Source: Clostridia bacterium (lineage in GTDB: Bacteria; Bacillota; Clostridia; UBA1212; DUPL01). Taken from it: a DNA stretch of 64,000 bases. Shown here piece by piece: positions 1-10,824 of this stretch. The number at the start of each line of letters is the position of its first letter. Position 1 is the first letter of the stretch. The position numbers and the translations under genes were made by a program. The DNA lies in contig JBMNIW010000012.1 in NCBI GenBank assembly GCA_050951325.1, forward strand, positions 672,001-736,000, given 5' to 3'. The notes beneath the pieces were generated by a model. The model ran no database searches and had not been told where the DNA came from. It was given only the letters and a program-made list of their open reading frames with translations.

Positions 1-737
1 ATTACGTAAGGATATCAACAAGGCCGGATTGCATAAATGATGAAATATTGATGAGATTGAAAAAGTACAGGGTTCATGTAATTGAACTTGGTGCTCAATC
101 CATGGATGACAAGGTACTGGAAGCGTCATTGCGCGGACACACGTCAAGGCATACCATTGAAGCCTCGGAATTGATAAAAAGAGAAGGTTTCGTTCTTGGC
201 CTTCAGACAATGCCGGGTCTGCCTATGTCGGATAGAAATAGCGACATTGAAACAGCAAAGAAAATTGCAGCACTTGGGCCTGATTTGGTCAGAATCTATC
301 CCACAATAATCATTAAAAAAACACACCTTGAAACAATGTACAGACAAGGAAAATATGAGCCGCAGACCCTTGAATACATGATTGACTTATGTGCCGAACT
401 TGTGGAAATCTATGAAAAAGAGGGAATTGATATTGCCAGGATAGGTCTACAGTCATCTGAAAACATGACTGAAGAAAAGGAAATAGTGGCAGGACCATAT
501 CACCCTGCGTTTGGCCAGTTGGTGCATTCAAGAAGGGCTTTGCAAGGAATAGTGGATAGAGTGAGGGAAATGAGGATTGGGGGCGGTAAGGTTTTAATCA
601 GAGTTCCTGAAAAGGAATTGTCGACGTATATAGGGCAGAGAAGAAGTAATGTATTAAAGCTTAAGGAAATGTTCAATTTTGAGGATGTAAGGTTTATTCC
701 GGATCCGCTCATGGATAACGGATTTGTTTTAGAGTAA
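1..737 (+). CDS. Radical SAM protein, Elp3/YhcC-like (5' end lies outside the window)
   Basis: The frame is open from the window edge (YVRISTRPDCIND), followed by IELGAQS, GLQTMPGLP, RIYPT and AGPYHPAFG motifs typical of this family. Confidence 0.8.
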   Translation, partial: YVRISTRPDCINDEILMRLKKYRVHVIELGAQSMDDKVLEASLRGHTSRHTIEASELIKREGFVLGLQTMPGLPMSDRNSDIETAKKIAALGPDLVRIYPTIIIKKTHLETMYRQGKYEPQTLEYMIDLCAELVEIYEKEGIDIARIGLQSSENMTEEKEIVAGPYHPAFGQLVHSRRALQGIVDRVREMRIGGGKVLIRVPEKELSTYIGQRRSNVLKLKEMFNFEDVRFIPDPLMDNGFVLE

Positions 738-767
738 TCGTCATCATGGGAAAGGTAGTAGGTTAAA

Positions 768-2039
768 GTGGACAAGGATAGGATAAGTACATCATATATA
801 GGTGTTCTGGATGGAGTTAGGGCATTCTCCGTTTTCATTGTGGCCTTCTTTCACTTTTGGCAGCAGTCCTGGTACAACAAGGTCATATATTATTCCTGGT
901 TTGACAAGATTGGAATGAAGGAAATCAACCTGGAATGGTTGTGGAGAACGGGGTATGTGTTTGTCGACATGCTGATACTTCTAAGCGGCTTTCTCCTATT
1001 TCTGCCGCATGCAAGGCACATGGTGGAAGGAAGAAAGCTTGACAGTACTGTAACCTTTTATAGAAAAAGGATTGCACGAATAGTTCCCTCATATTATCTG
1101 AGTGTTCTTTTTCTGTTGTTTTTCTCAGTAATTCCCAAACAGCAGTTTTCATCTATAGAGCACCTGAAAAAGGACTTGTTCGCCCAGCTTACATTTACAC
1201 AAATGTTTGATCCCATGACAAAAAACACCATGTTCAACGGTGTTTTATGGACCGTGGCGGTGGAAGTCTCGTTTTACATAATATTCCCTCTCGTTGCCTA
1301 CTTCTTTAAAAAGAAACCAGTGATTACATACATATGCATGACGTTGACAAGTTTTGTATACATACAGCAAAGAGTACTTAAAGCAAAAGACCTGGGATTT
1401 ATGATAAATCAAATGCCCACGTTTCTAGGTGTTTTTGCAAACGGCATGATGGGTGCCTTGATATTTGTACATATAGCAAACAGGTACAAAAGAGAGAAAT
1501 ATCTGTCTGCCATGTTCACCCTTGTGTCGATTCTATCCCTTTACATGATTAGGCTCATTCTTAAAGAAAGTCTGTTAAGAGCACAAAGCAATCAGGTATG
1601 GCAGGTAGAGTACAGATACATTTTGTCCCTTGTATTCCTAATGTTCATTATCTCATTAAGCCTATCTGCGAAATGGCTGAGATTCATATTCTCAAACAGG
1701 TTTGTGAGGTATCTGGCGACGATATCCTACAACTTCTACATATGGCATCAAATAATTGCGGTAAAGTTTAAATTTGGCATGGGTAAGAACAACCAGATTA
1801 GGATTCCGCATTGGGAAGGCGACAGATCGCCGAACTTTACAGGAGACAAAGCCTGGCAGATTAAATACACATTAATCATACTGTTTGCATCAATTATCGT
1901 TGCAACCATACTTACATACTTCTTTGAAAGACCAATGGCAAACCTAATATTAGGAAAAAAGAAATCAAAAAAGGTAAAAGAGCAACTAATAGAGGAATAC
2001 GTAGTTGATAGAGAGAATTTGACCGATAATGCGATTTAA
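768..2039 (+). CDS. Acyltransferase family 3 (OafA-like) membrane O-acyltransferase
   Basis: LDGVRAFS...FFHF, VDMLILLSGFLL, FYRKRIARIVPSY, LWTVAVEVSFY, ISYNFYIWH and FFERP motifs; multiple TM segments. Confidence 0.88.
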   Translation: MDKDRISTSYIGVLDGVRAFSVFIVAFFHFWQQSWYNKVIYYSWFDKIGMKEINLEWLWRTGYVFVDMLILLSGFLLFLPHARHMVEGRKLDSTVTFYRKRIARIVPSYYLSVLFLLFFSVIPKQQFSSIEHLKKDLFAQLTFTQMFDPMTKNTMFNGVLWTVAVEVSFYIIFPLVAYFFKKKPVITYICMTLTSFVYIQQRVLKAKDLGFMINQMPTFLGVFANGMMGALIFVHIANRYKREKYLSAMFTLVSILSLYMIRLILKESLLRAQSNQVWQVEYRYILSLVFLMFIISLSLSAKWLRFIFSNRFVRYLATISYNFYIWHQIIAVKFKFGMGKNNQIRIPHWEGDRSPNFTGDKAWQIKYTLIILFASIIVATILTYFFERPMANLILGKKKSKKVKEQLIEEYVVDRENLTDNAI

Positions 2040-2047
2040 AATATAAT
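2019..2047 (+). promoter_or_regulatory. Putative sigma-A promoter of comEA
   Basis: TTGACC (2019-2024), 17-bp spacer, TATAAT (2042-2047). Confidence 0.55.
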
Positions 2048-2073
2048 GGTAAAAAAATCAGGATGGTGGTGCG

Positions 2074-2697
2074 ATGAGGATTAGAATGTTTGGCAGAGTC
2101 GTGTACATGCCTCCAGCGCTTGTTGCAACTGTTGTTTTAATCATCATTTTGGCATTGGCTATCATTGGGTACAACCTGTCTGAAAATGACAGGGATGCAA
2201 TTACGAACCACACGCCAACACCCCCGCTTACCCAATCGGAAATTCAAGTAACAGATCCTCCCCTGATATCGGTACATGTAATTGGCTGTGTCAAAGAGAA
2301 AAAAGTTGTTAAAATACCCGTAGGAAGCACAGTGGAAGATGCTGTTGTTGCAGCAGGCGGTTTTACCGAGGAGGCTGACACGGATGCGGTAAATCTGGCT
2401 TACAGGTTGTCCGACGGAATGCAAATAAGGATCCCCTCAATAGATGACGAGGATAAAACCTGGATTGTTTCCCATGGAGATAACGGTGGTAACGGCGGCA
2501 ACAATGAAAAGATTAGCATTAATAAAGCGAGTGTTGCTGAACTGGCCACATTGCCGGGCATTGGACAGACTCTTGCCCTGAGAATAGTGGATTACAGGGA
2601 GAAAAACGGTGGATTCAAGACTCTTGAAGAAATAATGAACGTTCCTGGTATAAAGGAAGCTAAATTTGAAAGCATAAAAGATTACATAACTTTATAA
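2074..2697 (+). CDS. comEA: Competence DNA receptor ComEA
   Basis: N-terminal TM, SLBB domain (VHVIGCV...AAGG...VNLA) and C-terminal HhH (ISINKASVAELATLPGIG...V.GI). Confidence 0.92.
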   Translation: MRIRMFGRVVYMPPALVATVVLIIILALAIIGYNLSENDRDAITNHTPTPPLTQSEIQVTDPPLISVHVIGCVKEKKVVKIPVGSTVEDAVVAAGGFTEEADTDAVNLAYRLSDGMQIRIPSIDDEDKTWIVSHGDNGGNGGNNEKISINKASVAELATLPGIGQTLALRIVDYREKNGGFKTLEEIMNVPGIKEAKFESIKDYITL

Positions 2698-2702
2698 ATG
2701 CA

Positions 2703-2735
2703 ATGAGGTGCGGCAATTGTAAGACCGCACCTCAT
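2703..2735. terminator. Hairpin between convergent comEA and mecA
   Basis: Perfect 11-bp inverted repeat ATGAGGTGCGG / CCGCACCTCAT; a second hairpin AAGCCG..CGGCTT with an A-tract lies at about 2773-2802. Confidence 0.7.
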
Positions 2736-2809
2736 CGTGTGGCAATATGTACCGGTTGTGTTGACATGTATTAAAAAGCCGTGCATTAAAATACACCGGC
2801 TTGTGACCG

Positions 2810-3580
2810 CTATTTTGCAAAATTGTTCAGTAAAACAGAGAATGCACCTCTCTTGATGATCTTGTTGGCATGTTCCTCCAATATAGGGCGTGTAATGCTT
2901 GCAGGCATGTATTTCCCATCGAATTCGGAGGCTATGTCTCTAATTTTTTCAATAACGCCCGCATTCCTTTTGCTTAACCTGTAGGAAATGTAATAGTTGT
3001 CATTGTACTTGTACAAGGATGCAGGTACGTTTCTGCTCTGTGGTATGGTAAGAACCATGGAAATCAGATTTTCAAAATCATTGAAAACCAATACCTCGTA
3101 ATTTTCATTGCAGCTTTCGTCACTGTAACGCTTTTCCTTTGCTTTTTCATTCTCATCGTAGAGAAGGATGGAATTTAGGAAATAGTCGTTATGATGCAAC
3201 TCGTCAGAAAAGTCCTTGTCTTCGCCATCAAAATCGAAGTTTTCATCGATTGGGAGAAGTTCTTTTAGATAAGCAAGAATTTTCAGTAAGTATGCGGGAT
3301 TAAAATCAAAGGTGCTGTTGTCTATATTCTTTGCATTACTGGTTCTTGTAACAGTAATGATGTGGTCTTCCTGTTTGTTTGATGCGGGTTCATGAACAAC
3401 TCTACATTCTGATATGTCAAAACCAAACTCTATTTCAGCGTGGCTGATTACATCAAGCAAAAGTCTTTCGTATTGAGGAGTGTCATACTTGAACTTCTGG
3501 GCGTCAAGATTTCTCTTTTTCAAATCTTCAGCCGTCAAAGTTATTCTTATTACGTCTTCGCTGACTTTTTCAATTTTCAT
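2810..3580 (-). CDS. mecA: ClpC adaptor protein MecA
   Basis: MKIEKVSEDVIRITLTAEDLKKRN N-terminus; C-terminal F.DFENLI, SLYKYNDNYY and LEEHA..II motifs; AGGAGG RBS. Confidence 0.85.
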   Translation of the reverse strand: MKIEKVSEDVIRITLTAEDLKKRNLDAQKFKYDTPQYERLLLDVISHAEIEFGFDISECRVVHEPASNKQEDHIITVTRTSNAKNIDNSTFDFNPAYLLKILAYLKELLPIDENFDFDGEDKDFSDELHHNDYFLNSILLYDENEKAKEKRYSDESCNENYEVLVFNDFENLISMVLTIPQSRNVPASLYKYNDNYYISYRLSKRNAGVIEKIRDIASEFDGKYMPASITRPILEEHANKIIKRGAFSVLLNNFAK

Positions 3581-3838
3581 AGGTTGGTCCTCCTTTTACT
3601 AGCACTTTTACATACAGAGCTCGCTGTTCTTTATGTACACTACTATTATACTTTAATTTAAAAAAAAAGAGAAGCAAAATGATTAACGTTATACATATTT
3701 TCTATTAACATTATGCTCTCAATTGTCAAATAATATGCGATTATCTCAACTTTACCCTTGTTTTTTTCTCAAATTCATATATACTGTAAATATGCTCCCG
3801 AACATCGGGTTTACTTGAACTTAGGTAGGAGGATACAT

Positions 3839-4108
3839 TTGAGGAGAAACAAAAGAGAGGCCTTGGTCTTGATTGCATTTATGTTCATAGGCAGCATTAT
3901 TGGAGGCATAGTTGGAAAACTATTGTCGTATATCCCACATTTGGAGTTCATCGATAAAATTGGAAAGTCAAACATTTTATCCGTAAGTTTCAATCCTCTG
4001 TTTGATATTAATGTAATACGGTTTGGTTTTGAACTGAGTTTGGGTGTTAACATCGGTAGTATCGTGGGCATTATACTGGCTATTGCTATTTGGAGCAGGA
4101 GATATTGA
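3839..4108 (+). CDS. DUF4321-family small membrane protein
   Basis: TTG start after AGGAGG; IGSIIGGIVG...FDINVIRFGF.L...NIGSIVGIILA; usual position upstream of maf/radC. Confidence 0.7.
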   Translation: MRRNKREALVLIAFMFIGSIIGGIVGKLLSYIPHLEFIDKIGKSNILSVSFNPLFDINVIRFGFELSLGVNIGSIVGIILAIAIWSRRY

Positions 4109-4200
4109 TTGAAGTTTTCTGTTGCCCGACCAGAAACAACTTTCTCGGACATGATTTGTACAATGCTTTGGCCGACAAAAATTGTTGACAGGAGTGTAGC

Positions 4201-4935
4201 ATGAGGACTTTGACAATTAAGGAAATGCCCGTAAGTGAAAGACCTTACGAGCGAATTGAGCGTTTTGGGGCAGCCAGTCTTACGGATGCGGAATTGATTG
4301 CAGTCATCATTAAATCAGGATACAAGGAGCAGACTGCTGTCGATATTGCAAGGGAACTTTTAAGGAGATGTGGGAGTGGCGGATTGGTTACTCTTACTGA
4401 CATGGAATTGGACGAGCTCAGGAGAGTAAAAGGTATAGGACGGGTAAAAGCTATTCAAATCAAGGCTTTGTGCGAGCTGGCAAGACGCATGAATGGAGCT
4501 AGAAATGTCAGCAGTCACAAGATGAGAATAAGGAGCACAGGCCAGATAGCGGAGATATTAATGGGCGAGATGTCCCATCTTAAAAAGGAAGTACTGAAAG
4601 TGGTTTTGCTTGACAGAAAGTTGCAGATAATCAAGATTAGCGACGTTTCGGTTGGCACAATAGACCAGGCGCTCGTTCATCCAAGAGAAGTGTTTTCGGA
4701 TGCAATTAGGAATCATGCATCTACGATAATAATAGCGCATAATCATCCAACCGGACATGTCGAGCCCAGTGAGGATGACATAAACACCACAAAGCGGTTG
4801 ATTTTGGTTGGAGACATAGTTGGAATAGAAGTAATTGACCATATAATAATCGGCAATGGAACGTATCACAGCATGCATGCTTCCGGTATAATGAAGAAAA
4901 TTTTGGAGAGTATAGCTGGTAATAATATAAACTAA
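4201..4935 (+). CDS. radC: RadC family JAB-domain protein
   Basis: ERPYER...LTDAELIA, GIGRVKA, VHPREVF, AHNHPTG..EPS.DD and DHIIIG motifs. Confidence 0.95.
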   Translation: MRTLTIKEMPVSERPYERIERFGAASLTDAELIAVIIKSGYKEQTAVDIARELLRRCGSGGLVTLTDMELDELRRVKGIGRVKAIQIKALCELARRMNGARNVSSHKMRIRSTGQIAEILMGEMSHLKKEVLKVVLLDRKLQIIKISDVSVGTIDQALVHPREVFSDAIRNHASTIIIAHNHPTGHVEPSEDDINTTKRLILVGDIVGIEVIDHIIIGNGTYHSMHASGIMKKILESIAGNNIN

Positions 4936-4959
4936 GTTAAATGGGGAGAGAGAGTATAA

Positions 4960-5985
4960 ATGCCAAAAGACATAGGAATCGACTTGGGAACAGCAAACAC
5001 ATTAGTCCATCTTCGGGGAAAGGGGATAATAATCCGCGAACCATCGGTGGTAGCAGTTAACAAACTAACCGGTCAAATTCTGGCAGTTGGAGATTCAGCA
5101 AAAAGAATGATAGGCAGAACTCCGGGTAACATAATGGCGATAAGGCCTTTGAAAGATGGTGTTATTGCAGACTTTGATGTAACGGAGCAAATGTTAAGGT
5201 ACTTTATTAAAAAAGCTGTGGGAAGCTGGGGAAGACCAAACATACTCGTATGTGTACCTTCCGGAGTAACTGAAGTTGAAAAAAGTGCAGTAATTGAAGC
5301 GGCAAGAGCTGCAGGCGCAAGAAAAAGAACTCCTCAAATAATAGAAGAACCTATGGCTGCGGCGATAGGAGCAGGGCTCCCAATAGAAGAGGCCACAGGA
5401 AGCATGATTGTAGACATTGGCGGTGGCACCAGTGAAGTTGCCGTCATATCCATGGGCGGCATAGTTACCAGCAAGTCGCTGAGGGTTGCAGGAGACAATC
5501 TGGATGCTGCAATTGTTGTATACGCAAAGAAGGAATACAACCTGCTGATAGGAGAAAGAACAGCTGAGGAAATCAAGCTGACAATAGGTGCCGCATACCC
5601 AAAGGCACAGGAAGAATACATGGAAGTAAGAGGCCGCGACCTTCTGACAGGACTCCCTAAAAATGTCAGAATATCATCTTCAGAAGTTGTAGAAGCGATT
5701 AAGGAACCAATAAATCAGATTGTTGATGCAATAAAATATTGCCTGGAGTGTACTCCTCCGGAACTTGCAGCAGACATAATGGACAAGGGAATAATGCTTA
5801 CTGGAGGCGGTGCAATGCTTTCCGGTGTAGACAAGATTATCAAACTTGAAACCGGCATGCCTGTTGTGATAGCGGAGAATCCACTGGATTGTGTCGCATT
5901 AGGTACGGGAAAATGCCTGGAGGATGATGAATTGTGCAGGGTCATTTTCTCTAACAAAATTGAAAGCTATTACGGGATAGGATGA
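4960..5985 (+). CDS. mreB: Rod shape-determining protein MreB
   Basis: [28 protein letters not shown] and LTGGGA motifs. Confidence 0.97.
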   Translation: MPKDIGIDLGTANTLVHLRGKGIIIREPSVVAVNKLTGQILAVGDSAKRMIGRTPGNIMAIRPLKDGVIADFDVTEQMLRYFIKKAVGSWGRPNILVCVPSGVTEVEKSAVIEAARAAGARKRTPQIIEEPMAAAIGAGLPIEEATGSMIVDIGGGTSEVAVISMGGIVTSKSLRVAGDNLDAAIVVYAKKEYNLLIGERTAEEIKLTIGAAYPKAQEEYMEVRGRDLLTGLPKNVRISSSEVVEAIKEPINQIVDAIKYCLECTPPELAADIMDKGIMLTGGGAMLSGVDKIIKLETGMPVVIAENPLDCVALGTGKCLEDDELCRVIFSNKIESYYGIG

Positions 5986-5991
5986 TAATTT

Positions 5992-6846
5992 GTGCCCAGA
6001 CACGCTAAAAATACGATTTTTATACTGGTGATATTAACTATCTTTCTGTTGGTGGTCATAATTATCTCTAGTGACCCCAACAGCAAGATTCATTCAGTAT
6101 ACAAAGTTTTAAGCGTCCCCGTACAGGCAGTACAAAAAGGAGCAAGCAACCTTGCCACCGGAATCAAGGACAGATTTGAGGCAATCGGCTCCTATACTGA
6201 CCTTATAAACGAAAACAAGAGACTTAAGGAAGAAGTTGACAAACTACAAGGTTACAAAAATAGAAACGAGCAGCTGGAGACGGAAAACCAGGAATTGAGA
6301 GCACTGCTCGAACTAAAGGACTACTATCAGGAATACGACTTGATTGCAGCAAATATAATAGCCAAGGACGTTACGGATTGGTACAATGAGTTCACTCTTG
6401 ATGCAGGCACGCAGGAAGGGGTATACATCGGTTGCCCTGTGATAACATCCAAGGGACTTGTAGGTATTGTATCCAAAGTATCGGCCCATACATGCAAGGT
6501 CATGACTTTGGTGGATGAACAGAATGTCATCATGGCCCGTATATCAAGAAGCAATGAGCTGGTAAGGCTTAGAGGCATGACTCCTGAAAACTATGAATAT
6601 TTGCTTAAACTGGACAGGATATCAGCGTCATCAGACCTTTATGTCGGAGATCTCCTTGTGACTGCTGAGAGTGGAGGAGTATATCCAAAAGGGATAGCCA
6701 TTGGCACAGTTATTGAGATAAGTACAATTGCGGAGACGGAAACTAGATATGCAATTGTAGAACCGCTTGTGAATCTGCCAAAGATAAGCGAGGTATACAT
6801 ATTGAGCCTTCCGGAAAAAGCAAGAATTACAGAAGATAAAGAATAG
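5992..6846 (+). CDS. mreC: Rod shape-determining protein MreC
   Basis: TM plus coiled coil (ENKRLKEE..ENQELRALL), GLVGIV, YPKGIAIG; follows mreB. Confidence 0.93.
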   Translation: MPRHAKNTIFILVILTIFLLVVIIISSDPNSKIHSVYKVLSVPVQAVQKGASNLATGIKDRFEAIGSYTDLINENKRLKEEVDKLQGYKNRNEQLETENQELRALLELKDYYQEYDLIAANIIAKDVTDWYNEFTLDAGTQEGVYIGCPVITSKGLVGIVSKVSAHTCKVMTLVDEQNVIMARISRSNELVRLRGMTPENYEYLLKLDRISASSDLYVGDLLVTAESGGVYPKGIAIGTVIEISTIAETETRYAIVEPLVNLPKISEVYILSLPEKARITEDKE

Positions 6847-7482
6847 GTGATCAAGTTGCGCAAGCAGAGACTTGAAAGCAGACTGAACAAAAGATTGAAC
6901 AAGGTCTTTTCGTCTTTAATAATAGACAGTTCTGAAAGTGTGAGCAAAATTACGAAGGGCCGCATAATATACATCTCTTTATCTGTAATCTTTCTCCTTA
7001 TTATCCAAGAAGCAGTTTTTAATGATCTGAGGATTTTTAATGCAAAACCCAACATGGCAATTGTCTTTCTCTATACCATATCAGTTGTTTTGCATGTCAG
7101 ACCCGCCATGTTTGCAGGATTGTTTGCAGGTCTGTATGTGGATATAATGTATGGCAGGTATTTAGGGGTTTATTCTCTTTTATTCATGTTGTTTGCGGCT
7201 TTTGTCTCCGTTATTAGTTTTGAACAAGTGAAATTGAAAACAATCTGGAGTCTTTCAATTGCGATACCCTCATTTTTAATATATACTATGGTGGAAAGCT
7301 TTACAGCAAAACTCATAGCTCTTGCAAGAACCGGCGGTACTGTATTGTATGAAAACTACGGCGTTCACATGTTGAAAAGGATACTGCCGGTAACTCTGTA
7401 TGACGTTATAATCTTTTTCATACTGTTTGTACCAATAAGACTGATATGGGACAAACTGGGTCCAAAGTATGAAATTTTCTAG
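6847..7482 (+). CDS. mreD: Rod shape-determining protein MreD
   Basis: Hydrophobic protein with KPN and GLFAGLYVDI..G..LG motifs; lies between mreC and the PBP gene. Confidence 0.85.
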   Translation: MIKLRKQRLESRLNKRLNKVFSSLIIDSSESVSKITKGRIIYISLSVIFLLIIQEAVFNDLRIFNAKPNMAIVFLYTISVVLHVRPAMFAGLFAGLYVDIMYGRYLGVYSLLFMLFAAFVSVISFEQVKLKTIWSLSIAIPSFLIYTMVESFTAKLIALARTGGTVLYENYGVHMLKRILPVTLYDVIIFFILFVPIRLIWDKLGPKYEIF

Positions 7483-7494
7483 GATGGTGAAAGC

Positions 7495-9669
7495 ATGAAC
7501 AAGCTTTTTCTTAATTCATTGAAAGAAAGACTTGCGAAGATATTTAAATCAAGAATATTCTATGTCGGCCTAGGTATAACTGTTGCCATGACCGCAATTT
7601 CAGCACGTCTGTATTACCTTCAAATTGTGCAGGGAGAGCAGCACAAGGACAACGCCGCCACTATCAACAAGGTCGTTTTGTACACCGAAACTCCAAGAGG
7701 TAACATATATGACAGAAATGGCATTTTGTTGGCCACAAACAGGGTTGCATACAAGGTGCAGATGGTGAATGTGGACAGAGATCAGAGTTTTAGGGATGAA
7801 ATGTATTTAAAAGTGATTAACTTGTTGGATGAAATGGGTGAAGATTACAACAACCCGTTAAAGAGATATATAGATTATCCAATAGCTTGGGGTTCGTATC
7901 TTGAAGGTGAAGAAAACGAAGACAGACGAAAGGCTTGGATAAATGGTATTGCTTTGAGAAAATCCGATAGGGACAAGATAAACACGGCCAAGGATGCTTT
8001 TGATTATCTTAGAAACGTGGTGTTCAAATTTGACGAATCCTACACGGATGAGGAAGCGTACAAGATAATGATTCTTAGGTATCAGACGTATACAATGGGT
8101 CTTAGCTACATGGTGCCTTTGACAATTGCGGATGATGTGTCCTCAAAGACAATGGAGATTATCGAAGCAAGACATCTAGAGTTTCCGGGAATATATACGG
8201 AAGAAGTATATTACAGAGAATACGTTCATGACGAAACCTTGAGCCATATAATCGGCTATGTAAGAGCTATAAACAGTGAGGAATATGAAGCCCTCAAAGA
8301 CCAAGGGTATGATAGAAACAGTCTAATAGGAAAGAACGGCATAGAAAGGGCGGCGGAATCTCTTCTTCGCGGAGTAAAGGGAACCAGAACAGTATATCAG
8401 GATATTGAAACGGGAATCGTAAGGGAACTTGAATCAACAGAACCCGTACCAGGGGATGATATATACCTTACCATTGATGTTAATCTTCAAAGGGCTGCTT
8501 ACGATGCGCTTGTAAAAACAATAGAAGACATAATTGCAAGGAAGGACAACAAAAAGAACTTTGGTGATGCAAAAGCCGGCTCTGTTGTTGTTACGGATGT
8601 TAGGACGGGAGAAGTGTTGGCTATGGCAAACTATCCGACGTACGACAACAAAATATTTCTTGCACCTTCCAGTGATGAAGAAGCTCAAAAGGCAATAACG
8701 GAGCTGTTTCAGGATCCAGATAGTCCAAGCCTTAACAGGGCAACACAGGGCCTTTACCCTGTAGGTTCAACGTTCAAAACCCTTGTTGCAATTGCAGCTC
8801 TTGAAGAAGGGGTAATGACTCCCTATCAGAAAATTAAGTGCCTTGGAATGATTGAAGTAAACAACAGGGTGCACAGATGCAATGCGTATCATTATGATAT
8901 TGACATGGTAAGGGCTATCGCTGAATCCTGTAACGTGTACTTCTATGAGACCGGAATAAAAACAGGAATAAAAAATTTGGACAAGTGGGCTAAAGCCTTT
9001 GGCCTTGGTGAAAAAACAGGTATTGAGATACCAGAATACGCAGGATACAGAAACAACGAGGAAACCATGAAGCTTATGGAGTCTGATATTTACCACGTAT
9101 GGACGCCATCAGATACAGCTCAGGCATCAATCGGACAGCTGTATAACCTGTTTACACCGATTCAGCTCAGTAACTACGCTGCTGCCATTGCAAATGGAGG
9201 ATACCTGAACAAGCCACGTTTGATTGCAGCATCTGTATCCAACAGCGGTCATGTGGAAAAATATGAAGCGGAAAGAAAGAAAATTGAAGTCAAGGAAGAG
9301 ACCTTGAAAGTAGTTCAGGAAGGCATGATTACCATGTCCAAGCTGAGCGGTATTGCGAAAAGGGAGTACAGAGGTTTTCCGGATGGTTTTGCAGCAGGCA
9401 AAACGGGAACTCCTCAGACTGGTCTTGAGGCATTCGGAAGAAGCTCCCACTCGGTGTATATCTGCTATGCTCCATCCGATAATCCTGAGATTGCGATTTC
9501 CGTTGTTATTGAGTATGGTGCATCGGGTTCAAACTCCATTGCCGTTGCAGGCGAGGTTTTGAGAGCATACTACGGCGACACCGGTCTTGGTGAAGGGTTG
9601 CCTGCAAGAAAAGACGGACTGGGATTTGGAGACGGTTTTAGAAATTTCAAATCTCTCATACAAGGATAA
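7495..9669 (+). CDS. mrdA: Class B penicillin-binding protein (PBP2)
   Basis: PRGNIYDRNG, GSTFK (SxxK), SCN (SxN) and KTGT motifs; position in the mre operon. Confidence 0.92.
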   Translation: MNKLFLNSLKERLAKIFKSRIFYVGLGITVAMTAISARLYYLQIVQGEQHKDNAATINKVVLYTETPRGNIYDRNGILLATNRVAYKVQMVNVDRDQSFRDEMYLKVINLLDEMGEDYNNPLKRYIDYPIAWGSYLEGEENEDRRKAWINGIALRKSDRDKINTAKDAFDYLRNVVFKFDESYTDEEAYKIMILRYQTYTMGLSYMVPLTIADDVSSKTMEIIEARHLEFPGIYTEEVYYREYVHDETLSHIIGYVRAINSEEYEALKDQGYDRNSLIGKNGIERAAESLLRGVKGTRTVYQDIETGIVRELESTEPVPGDDIYLTIDVNLQRAAYDALVKTIEDIIARKDNKKNFGDAKAGSVVVTDVRTGEVLAMANYPTYDNKIFLAPSSDEEAQKAITELFQDPDSPSLNRATQGLYPVGSTFKTLVAIAALEEGVMTPYQKIKCLGMIEVNNRVHRCNAYHYDIDMVRAIAESCNVYFYETGIKTGIKNLDKWAKAFGLGEKTGIEIPEYAGYRNNEETMKLMESDIYHVWTPSDTAQASIGQLYNLFTPIQLSNYAAAIANGGYLNKPRLIAASVSNSGHVEKYEAERKKIEVKEETLKVVQEGMITMSKLSGIAKREYRGFPDGFAAGKTGTPQTGLEAFGRSSHSVYICYAPSDNPEIAISVVIEYGASGSNSIAVAGEVLRAYYGDTGLGEGLPARKDGLGFGDGFRNFKSLIQG

Positions 9670-9794
9670 AGTTGAGGAGAGTAGTCGAACCAATAGACAT
9701 ACAACTAGACACGCCCAATACGCATCAATAATTGCCATACAAACAATATTCGGGCTTTCCTCTTAATAATACACATTATTATGGAGGTAGGAAT

Positions 9795-10607
9795 ATGAGT
9801 GAGGTTATTGTTGTTACTTCGGGCAAAGGTGGTGTCGGAAAAACCACTACAACGGCAAATATCGGTGCCGCACTGGCACTTGAAGGAAAACGTGTGGTAT
9901 TAATCGATACGGACGTGGGACTTAGAAATCTCGATTTGGTTATGGGACTTGAAAACAGAGTGGTATACACACTTGTAGATGTTATCGAGGAAAAATGCAG
10001 GGGAATTAAACAGGCACTGATAAAGGACAAGCGTTTTCACAAGCTGTATATCGTCCCTGCGGCGCCATCGGGATACAGGCACCAGATTAAGCCGGAACAA
10101 ATCGTAAAAGTATGTGAACAGCTAAAAAAAGAATTTGATTATATAATAATTGACTGCCCTGCGGGAATAGAAAACGGGTTTGAAGTGGCAATTGCACCTG
10201 CGGATTTTGCAATTGTGGTCACAACTCCGGAGGTTTCTGCAGTAAGAGATGCGGACTGTGTCATAGGTTTGCTTGATTCAAATCATGTAAGAGACCACAA
10301 GCTGGTCATTAACAAGGTAAGACCTGAAATGGTTCGAAAAGGGGAAATGCTCAGCATCAATGACATTGTGGAGATACTGGCGGAAGAACTCCTTGGAGTA
10401 ATCCCGGATGACGAGGATGTAATAGTTTCAACCAACAGAGGAGAACCCATAGTACTGGCAGGAAGAAGCTCTGCGGGCAAATCCTACAGGGACATAGCAA
10501 GAAGAATCATGGGACAAAACGTCCCCCTGGTCGATTACACCAGGAAAAAGGGCTTTATGCAGAAAGTGTTTGGTAAAAACGAAAGGGGGTACTACTATGA
10601 GGCGTAA
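9795..10607 (+). CDS. minD: Septum site-determining ATPase MinD
   Basis: ATG at 9795 after GGAGG; SGKGGVGKTT, DVGLRNLD, DCPAGIE and PEVSAVRDAD motifs. Confidence 0.96.
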   Translation: MSEVIVVTSGKGGVGKTTTTANIGAALALEGKRVVLIDTDVGLRNLDLVMGLENRVVYTLVDVIEEKCRGIKQALIKDKRFHKLYIVPAAPSGYRHQIKPEQIVKVCEQLKKEFDYIIIDCPAGIENGFEVAIAPADFAIVVTTPEVSAVRDADCVIGLLDSNHVRDHKLVINKVRPEMVRKGEMLSINDIVEILAEELLGVIPDDEDVIVSTNRGEPIVLAGRSSAGKSYRDIARRIMGQNVPLVDYTRKKGFMQKVFGKNERGYYYEA

Positions 10608-10824
10608 CAAGGGTAATTACATAGGCTCGAAGGAAATTGCAAAGAACAGGTTGAAGTCCTGTATAAACAGTGATAGAGTAAAGGTTGACCATGATGTAAT
10701 GCAGATGCTTGAAGCGGAAATTAGGAATGTGGTTTCAAGCTATATAGATACAAAGGGAGCATCTTTTGAATTAATAGTTGAAATAGGTGATGGGAAAAAC
10801 AATGGGAAAGATAATAGTACTTGA
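10597..10824 (+). CDS. minE: Topological specificity factor MinE
   Basis: SKEIAKNRLK...DR...LEAEIRNVVSSYID; overlaps the minD stop. Confidence 0.8.
   Translation: MRRNKGNYIGSKEIAKNRLKSCINSDRVKVDHDVMQMLEAEIRNVVSSYIDTKGASFELIVEIGDGKNNGKDNST

Noticed and set aside
4201-4935. radC as a marker of a mobile element
   Set aside because: Full-length chromosomal type in its usual position before mreB
9732-9794. N-terminal extensions in the ORF track (minD; also 3758, 29379 and 32461)
   Set aside because: RBS position and family N-termini favour the downstream starts
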